Assembly: GCA_963758415.1 (NCBI GenBank)
Contig: CAVWVL010000003.1
Location: 42,022 to 106,021 of the forward strand
Direction: 5' to 3'
DNA: 64,000 nucleotides
Source of the DNA: an uncultured Alphaproteobacteria bacterium
GTDB taxonomy: Bacteria; Pseudomonadota; Alphaproteobacteria; Acetobacterales; Acetobacteraceae
Position numbers and translations under genes: made by a program
The notes under the pieces: generated by a model
Database searches by the model: none
What the model was told of the DNA's origin: nothing
The model's input: only the letters and a program-made list of their open reading frames with translations
In this document: positions 58,348-64,000 of the stretch, piece by piece
How the letters are laid out: every line of letters begins with the position of its first letter
How positions within the stretch are numbered: the first letter of the stretch is position 1

Positions 58348-59688
58348 CTAGTTCTGCGTCAGCTTGTCGCAGTCACGCGGCGTGATGTGGTTCTCCGCCG
58401 CGTACTTGGTCGACGACGCCTCGATCAGCGGGCGCAGCAGGGCCCGGTCCGCCGCGATCCAGTCGGTCAGAACGTTCCACTTGGCGCCGTCCCACTGCTG
58501 GATCTTGATCGAGCCGCCGCCTTCGTGATCCGAGCAGGTGACCTTGATCGGCTCCACCAGACCTTCGCCACCAAGTTCAGCAATGCGCTTGTCGTCCAGA
58601 TCGAGGTGATCGAAGCCCCATGCGACTTCCTCGCCGCTCAGCGCCCGATGGCCGAACTTGCCCTGCGCGATCCGGACCGCCTCGACATTAAGGATGCCGT
58701 TCACAACGCCAAGGTTGTAAATCACGCTGCCGACCCGCTTGGTATCCTTCATGTTGCCCTGTTCGGCGCCATAGACCACCTTGGAGATGTCCTTCATCAC
58801 CGGAAACTGATTGCCCGCCGGATGAGTGGTGATCGCCAGGAAGCCTTTGGCCGCGTCACCAGCGGGCGTCACGTCCTCCTCGGAGTTGCTCCAGATGTTG
58901 CCGATGATGTGGTCAGCGGGAAACCCGGTCTTCTGTGCCGTCTTGATCGCCACCGGCGTCATCACGCCCCAGCCGCGCAGGATGATCCAGTCCGGCTTGA
59001 TCCGGCGGATCTGCAACCATTGCGACTGCTGTTCGTTGCCGGGATGAGGCACCTCGATCTCAGTCACGTCGAAGCCGTATTTCTGTGACAGCAGCGCGAA
59101 GATCGGAATGGTTTCTTTACCGTAAGGGGAGCCGTGATACAGCACCACGATCTTCTTGCCCTTCAGAGCCGGCAGGCCACCTTCCCGCGTGCCGATATAA
59201 TTGGTCATCGCGGAGGCTTCGCTCCATGGGTTGAGCACCAACGGAAACACGTACGGAAACACCCGGCCATCGGTGGAATCGGTGCGGCCATGGTTGATGG
59301 TGATCAGGGGCACCTTGTCCGCTGTGATCTTGTCGATCATTGCGTAGGCGATGCCGACGCTGAGCGGGTTCCACGCCGCCGGCCCGGGCTTGCCCTGCGT
59401 TTTCATGCGCTCGTAGCATTCGACGCCGCGCTCGACCGCATACTCGGTCTCGCATTCGCTCCAGGTCAGCTTGACCCCGTTCACGCCGCCGTCGCGGAGG
59501 TTGATCAGGTTCATGTAGTCGATGAAGCCGCCGAAGAACCCGGTGCCGTCCGCCGCATATGGACCCACGCGATAGCTTTGTAGCGGGAAGTACTGTTCGT
59601 CCGCCTGCGCGGGTGCCGGCGCCAGCGCCAGCGTGGCACCAATCACCCCCGCCAGAATCCCGGCGCGCAGCATGCTTGTTGGTTTCAT
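58348..59688 (-). CDS. Liv-type ABC substrate-binding protein
   Basis: Signal peptide; YRVGPYA, CETEY, YVFP, LYHGSPYGKE. Confidence 0.9.
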   Translation of the reverse strand: MKPTSMLRAGILAGVIGATLALAPAPAQADEQYFPLQSYRVGPYAADGTGFFGGFIDYMNLINLRDGGVNGVKLTWSECETEYAVERGVECYERMKTQGKPGPAAWNPLSVGIAYAMIDKITADKVPLITINHGRTDSTDGRVFPYVFPLVLNPWSEASAMTNYIGTREGGLPALKGKKIVVLYHGSPYGKETIPIFALLSQKYGFDVTEIEVPHPGNEQQSQWLQIRRIKPDWIILRGWGVMTPVAIKTAQKTGFPADHIIGNIWSNSEEDVTPAGDAAKGFLAITTHPAGNQFPVMKDISKVVYGAEQGNMKDTKRVGSVIYNLGVVNGILNVEAVRIAQGKFGHRALSGEEVAWGFDHLDLDDKRIAELGGEGLVEPIKVTCSDHEGGGSIKIQQWDGAKWNVLTDWIAADRALLRPLIEASSTKYAAENHITPRDCDKLTQN

Positions 59689-59726
59689 GGAACGGTCCTT
59701 GTTACGTTTACAAATTACTGTTCGGA

Positions 59727-60794
59727 TCAACCCCGGAATGGCCATTGCCGAAGACGACGTTCGAACGACTTGCTCAGGCTCGCCAGGCCGCGCGGCTCGA
59801 CGATCAGGAACACGATAATCAGCGAGCCGAACACGATCTTCTGGATGTTCTCTTGCTCGCCGGAATCCAGCGTGGTGGTCAGAATGCTGTTGGCGAAGCG
59901 GCTGAGCAGCAGCGGAAACACCACCATCAGCGCGGCACCGAAGAACGCCCCGCGAATGCTGCCAAGCCCGCCCAGTATGATGATGAACAGCACCTCGAAC
60001 GAGTGCGCCAGGTCGAATCCGGCGGGCTCGACCGTGCCGAGGTAGCAGAATGCCCACAACGCACCCGCGATTCCGCAATAGAACGAACTGATTGCAAAGG
60101 CGTAAAGCTTGGTGCGGGCCACCGGCACACCCATGACGGTCGCGGCGATTTCCATGTCACGCACGGCGATCCAGTTGCGCCCGGTTTGCGAGCGGGAGAG
60201 TCGTGCCGCAACCCAGGTCAGCAGCGCCACCACCACGAGGCTGAACAGATAGCGCCCCGCCGGTGAGCCCAGGTCGATGCCGGCGACCGACAATCGTGGT
60301 GCCGTAATGACTCCCGAAGAGTTGTAGTTCGAGAACCAGCCGAAGTCGGTCAGCAGCCACAGCACGAAGAACTGCGCCGCGAGGGTGGAGACGGCGACGT
60401 AGAAGCCGCGCAGCCGGAGGCTGGGCAGCCCGAACACCGCTCCGACCGCCGCCGCGCACAGCCCTGCCAACAGGAACGCCACCGGGATCGGCAGCCACGG
60501 CAAGCGCAGGGTGAAGTTGTACGCCGCGAAAGCGCCGACCGCCATGAACGCCGCGCTGCCGAGCGATAGCTGTCCGGCATAGCCGGTGAGCATGTTCAGT
60601 CCTACACCGGCAAGCGCCAGCGCCAGGAACGGAATCAGAATGGCCGAGAACAAATAGTCGTTGCCGAACAGGGGTGCGGCTATTGCCAGCGTTGCCACGG
60701 CGGCGATCAGCAGCCAGCGGTTCGCCGGATGGCGCAGCAGCCCGCGGCCGGCGGCGTAGGTGGTCTCGAAACGGCCAGCCTCGGCGTAGATCAT
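59727..60794 (-). CDS. Liv-type ABC permease (LivM-like)
   Basis: GLNMLTGYAGQLSLG, LRGFY, IILGGLGS. Confidence 0.92.
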   Translation of the reverse strand: MIYAEAGRFETTYAAGRGLLRHPANRWLLIAAVATLAIAAPLFGNDYLFSAILIPFLALALAGVGLNMLTGYAGQLSLGSAAFMAVGAFAAYNFTLRLPWLPIPVAFLLAGLCAAAVGAVFGLPSLRLRGFYVAVSTLAAQFFVLWLLTDFGWFSNYNSSGVITAPRLSVAGIDLGSPAGRYLFSLVVVALLTWVAARLSRSQTGRNWIAVRDMEIAATVMGVPVARTKLYAFAISSFYCGIAGALWAFCYLGTVEPAGFDLAHSFEVLFIIILGGLGSIRGAFFGAALMVVFPLLLSRFANSILTTTLDSGEQENIQKIVFGSLIIVFLIVEPRGLASLSKSFERRLRQWPFRG

Positions 60795-60796
60795 TG

Positions 60797-61684
60797 CTAC
60801 ACCCGCTGGATCAGTTTGGCGCCGAACAGTCCGGACGGACGTATCAGCAGAAACGCGAGCGCGGCGGCATAGGCGAACCAGGATTCGATGCCACTACCAA
60901 TATATGGACCCAAGTATAGCTCGGCCAGCTTCTCGGTCGCGCCGACCACCAGGCCCCCAACAATTGCTCCGGCAATCGAATCGAATCCGCCGAGCACGAG
61001 GACGGGTAATGCTTTGAGTACGACAAGGGATAACGAGAATTGCACCCCGAGGCGAGCACCCCAGAGCAGCCCGGCGACCAGCGCGACCAGGCCGGACGCT
61101 GCCCAGACAACGCCCCAGATTCGCCGCAGCCGCAGTCCCACTGCCAACGCGGCGATTTGATCATCGGCGACCGCACGAAAGGCCAGCCCGGTGCGGGTCG
61201 CGTTGAAGAACAGTGTCAGCGCCACCACCAGCACACCGGCTACCGCGGCCGCGAACAAATCGAAGCTGCTGAACATGATGCCATGGAATTCAAGCGGCAG
61301 ATCAGAGACACCGAGTTCCAGCGCGTGCACCTCGCCGCCCCATAGTAGTTGCGCCGCGCCCTCCAGCACATAACTCAAGCCAAGCGTAGCCATGAACAGG
61401 GTAATCGGCGGCTGGTTGACAAGCGGGCGCAGCACCATGCGCTCGACGGCAAAGCCGAGCAGCACCATCAACAGCGCCGTGGCTGCCAAGGCCACCGCAA
61501 ACGGCACGCCGTACTCCAGCAGGCTCACGAAAGTCAAAGCCGCGAACAGCACCATCGCGCCTTGAGCGAAATTCAGCACGCCCGACGCCTTGTAGATCAG
61601 CACGAAGCCGATCGCGACCAGCGAGTACATCACCCCGGACAGCAGGCCGCCGGCCAGCACCTCGAGGAAAAACGACCAGTCCAT
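60797..61684 (-). CDS. Liv-type ABC permease (LivH-like)
   Basis: YSLVAIGFVLIYKASGVLNFAQG, GLAFRAVADD, VLGGFDS. Confidence 0.92.
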   Translation of the reverse strand: MDWSFFLEVLAGGLLSGVMYSLVAIGFVLIYKASGVLNFAQGAMVLFAALTFVSLLEYGVPFAVALAATALLMVLLGFAVERMVLRPLVNQPPITLFMATLGLSYVLEGAAQLLWGGEVHALELGVSDLPLEFHGIMFSSFDLFAAAVAGVLVVALTLFFNATRTGLAFRAVADDQIAALAVGLRLRRIWGVVWAASGLVALVAGLLWGARLGVQFSLSLVVLKALPVLVLGGFDSIAGAIVGGLVVGATEKLAELYLGPYIGSGIESWFAYAAALAFLLIRPSGLFGAKLIQRV

Positions 61685-62494
61685 CAGGTCAGCCCAATCG
61701 TTTCAATGTCGGCGGCGACACCGAGATAGGCTTCGATTACCAGAGCGTCGCGCCGCACCGTTTCCGGTGGCCCGTCGGCGATCTTCTGCCCGTGGTCGAG
61801 CACAATGACGTGGTCGGACAGGCTCATCACCACGCCGATGTCGTGCTCGATCAACACCACGGTGGCCCCCAGCTCGGCGTTCACCTCGGCAATGAAACCG
61901 CACATCTCGTCCTTTTCCGAGGGGCTCATGCCCGCCATCGGTTCGTCGAGCAGCAGTAGGCGAGGCTCGCCAGCCAAGGCACGGCCGAGGTCGAACTCGC
62001 TTTTGCAACCCATAGGGCAGCTTGCCCGCGGGTACGGAACGCACGCGCCGCAGGTCGAGGAACGCGATCACTTCTTCCGCCGCGGCACGCAGTTCATCTT
62101 CCTCGCGCCGCGCTCTTTTCAGGCCGAATGCCTGTTCAAGGATAGAACTCCGCACGGTCCGCGCGCGGCCAAGAATGATGTTGTCCAGCACGCTAAGGGC
62201 CGGCGACAGGGCCAGGCTTTGAAAGGTGCGGCCGATGCCGACGCGTGCCGCGATGCGTGGCGTGATGTGATTGTAGGACTGACCGTCGGCGACGATCCGG
62301 CCGGAGTCTGGCGCGTAGATGCCGCTGAGGATATTCAGCAATGAACTTTTGCCAGCACCATTGGGTCCGATCACCGCCGTGATGGCGTTCTTACGGACCG
62401 CGAACGACACCTCGGACACGGCACGAACGCCGCCGAACGCCAGGCTGATGTCATGAAGTTCCAGCAGGGGGAGTTCCAGCGCGGGCGTAGTCAT
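61684..62494 (-). CDS. Liv-type ABC ATP-binding protein (LivG-like), +1 frameshift at about 61995 (probably a sequencing error)
   Basis: GPNGAGKSS...LPYGLQKRV in the first frame; DLGRALAGEPRLLLLDEPMAG, LIEHD in the second; removing one base at 61994/61995 gives KRVDLGR. Confidence 0.88.
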
Positions 62495-63990
62495 GCCGCC
62501 ACCTCCGCGTGGCGTTGCACCAGGGGTATCGTGCCGAGGGCCACCAGATCGGTCGCATAGCGCCTCGCGGCCAGTTCACGCCGCAGCCGCCCGTCGACGG
62601 TCATTTCACCCGACGCCGTCGTGAAGCGTCCGACGACCAGTCGGAAGCGGTCCAGCCGGAGTGCCTCGGGAACACGTCGGTTGACCCGTTCGACTTCGCT
62701 CGCAACGAGATTTTGTACTTCCGGCATGTCGACCAGCGTATCCGTGCCGGCAACCGTCAATCCCGCGGTTTGCGCCCAGGCGCCGATCGCCTCGGTGTCG
62801 AGGAACAACAGCGCCACCCGAGCGCCGTCCCGTGCGCGCGCTGCTACTGCTTCGCGGACGAACAGGCTCCCCCGCAACTCCAACTCGAGATCGTCAGTCG
62901 CGCCATCGGGCGGAATTCCGATCAGCGTTTCCGCCGAGCGGAGCTGCATCCCGATCGCGTCACAAAACGACGCCAACGCCGGCGGCACGGCGCAGCCAAA
63001 GGTGATGGCAACACGCACCCGATTTAGACCGATCTGATCGCTGACCGGGCGCCGGATAGCGATGTCGCCGAATAGACGTCCCAGACTGCCGCGCGGGGGC
63101 GGTTGTTCCCCGTGCAAGTCCAGCGTCCGTTCGAGCCTCCGCCGCCACCCGGTGCGCGACGACGCGGCTCGCACGAACACAGCCCGCCGAAGCTGGCGCA
63201 GCAGCAGCGGCGGCGCCACCAGCAACGTGGGACCTGCCTCCCGCAGATCCTGCGGTAATGTCTCGTCACTCTCGGGAAAGAACAGTGTCGAGCCGCACAG
63301 CAACGACAGCACCGGGCCAAGCAGCAGCGCCGGCTCGCAGCCGAACGGTACCACCTGAAACAATCGATCCAGCGGGCCGGCATTCAACGCGGCAGCCGCG
63401 GCCTGTGACTGATCGGCGACCTGCTGGTGACTGAGTGAACGAAGTGATCCGCTGCCGGCGGAGCCCACGATGAAAGCCGTCCGCGCGGGATCGATCACCG
63501 TAGCGTCCAATGCGTGGCGAGCGCCGTTGCCTGTTGCAAGCAACGTCTCGTAAGCGGGCGACGTGTGGTCTGCTCGTCCGGCATCGACAACGAATACCGT
63601 CGGATTTTCGTCGGCAAGCGATTGAATGTGATCGGCACTGCGTCGATTGGCGGCAATGCCGAGGCGAACACCATGCAGCAGCGCATGATGTTCCGGAGGT
63701 TCATCTCCCGCCAGCACTACAGGCACCGCGCCGAGCGCGTGCAGGGCGACGAGTGCTGTTGCCAAATGCGGTTGCGGACTGCCGGCCACAACGACACGGT
63801 CGCCCAGCCCCACCCCGCGAGCAGCCAGAGCGCCGGCTAGACGCTCTGCTTCATCTCGCATGTCACGCCAGGTCCAACTCTGCCAGACGCCGCGCCGTTT
63901 GTGCCGCATCGCGACGGCGTCACCGCGCTGCTCCGCATGGCGGCACAGCAGCGCGGGCAGCGTCGGGACGGGCAAAGTCTGGACAGGCAA
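62491..63990 (-). CDS. Degenerate long-chain acyl-CoA synthetase homologue (may start beyond the window edge)
   Basis: LACS-like N-term (AMRHKRRGVWQSWTW) and C-term (FTTASGEMT...LRR); the adenylation motifs are eroded or missing. Confidence 0.7.
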   Translation of the reverse strand: MPVQTLPVPTLPALLCRHAEQRGDAVAMRHKRRGVWQSWTWRDMRDEAERLAGALAARGVGLGDRVVVAGSPQPHLATALVALHALGAVPVVLAGDEPPEHHALLHGVRLGIAANRRSADHIQSLADENPTVFVVDAGRADHTSPAYETLLATGNGARHALDATVIDPARTAFIVGSAGSGSLRSLSHQQVADQSQAAAAALNAGPLDRLFQVVPFGCEPALLLGPVLSLLCGSTLFFPESDETLPQDLREAGPTLLVAPPLLLRQLRRAVFVRAASSRTGWRRRLERTLDLHGEQPPPRGSLGRLFGDIAIRRPVSDQIGLNRVRVAITFGCAVPPALASFCDAIGMQLRSAETLIGIPPDGATDDLELELRGSLFVREAVAARARDGARVALLFLDTEAIGAWAQTAGLTVAGTDTLVDMPEVQNLVASEVERVNRRVPEALRLDRFRLVVGRFTTASGEMTVDGRLRRELAARRYATDLVALGTIPLVQRHAEVAA

Positions 63991-64000
63991 CGCGTAGTAC

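Noticed and set aside
1472-63840. Many long ORFs antisense to, or frame-shifted over, recognised genes (e.g. 9047..11125, 5067..6266, 31485..32558, 57730..59088)
   Set aside because: Shadow ORFs expected at high GC; Arg/Pro/Ala-rich, no motifs, and they overlap well-supported genes.

Overview
GC-rich alphaproteobacterial chromosomal window (gene content suggests a Rhodospirillales/Acetobacteraceae-like organism; this is inference). In order: (1) an IS21/IS3 chimeric remnant (1-918); (2) an F9-type chemosensory operon (soluble double-signalling-domain MCP, triple CheW, CheB, HEAT protein, CheR, CheY, CheA, STAS, CheY, CheZ-motif protein, response regulator; 1447-12693), followed directly by a stressosome operon (rsbR, rsbS, two rsbT, rsbX-like, RsbU_N-histidine kinase, MCP-tip/CheZ-motif protein; 13060-18817); (3) a polyamine locus (ornithine decarboxylase divergent from homospermidine synthase plus a GNAT); (4) pit, zwf, metallophosphoesterase, corA-like, ppk1; (5) small hypotheticals, methyltransferase, amidase, deacetylase; (6) a LysR-associated catabolic operon (FAD monooxygenase, CoA ligase, double-hotdog hydratase) convergent with a HAD gene; (7) a ped/exa-like PQQ cluster whose dehydrogenase has an atypical active site; (8) SDR and ALDH; (9) a minus-strand run of a degenerate acyl-CoA synthetase, a Liv-type ABC transporter, a class III binding protein, modA and modB. 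The best candidate for a new system is the stressosome wired to the F9 chemosensory system. All three single-base frameshifts in otherwise intact genes fall at GAGTTC/GAACTC, a GANTC (CcrM) site with its methylatable A doubled, so they are probably methylation-linked sequencing errors. No tRNA, rRNA or CRISPR array was seen. All family assignments come from motif recognition by eye; no database searches were run.
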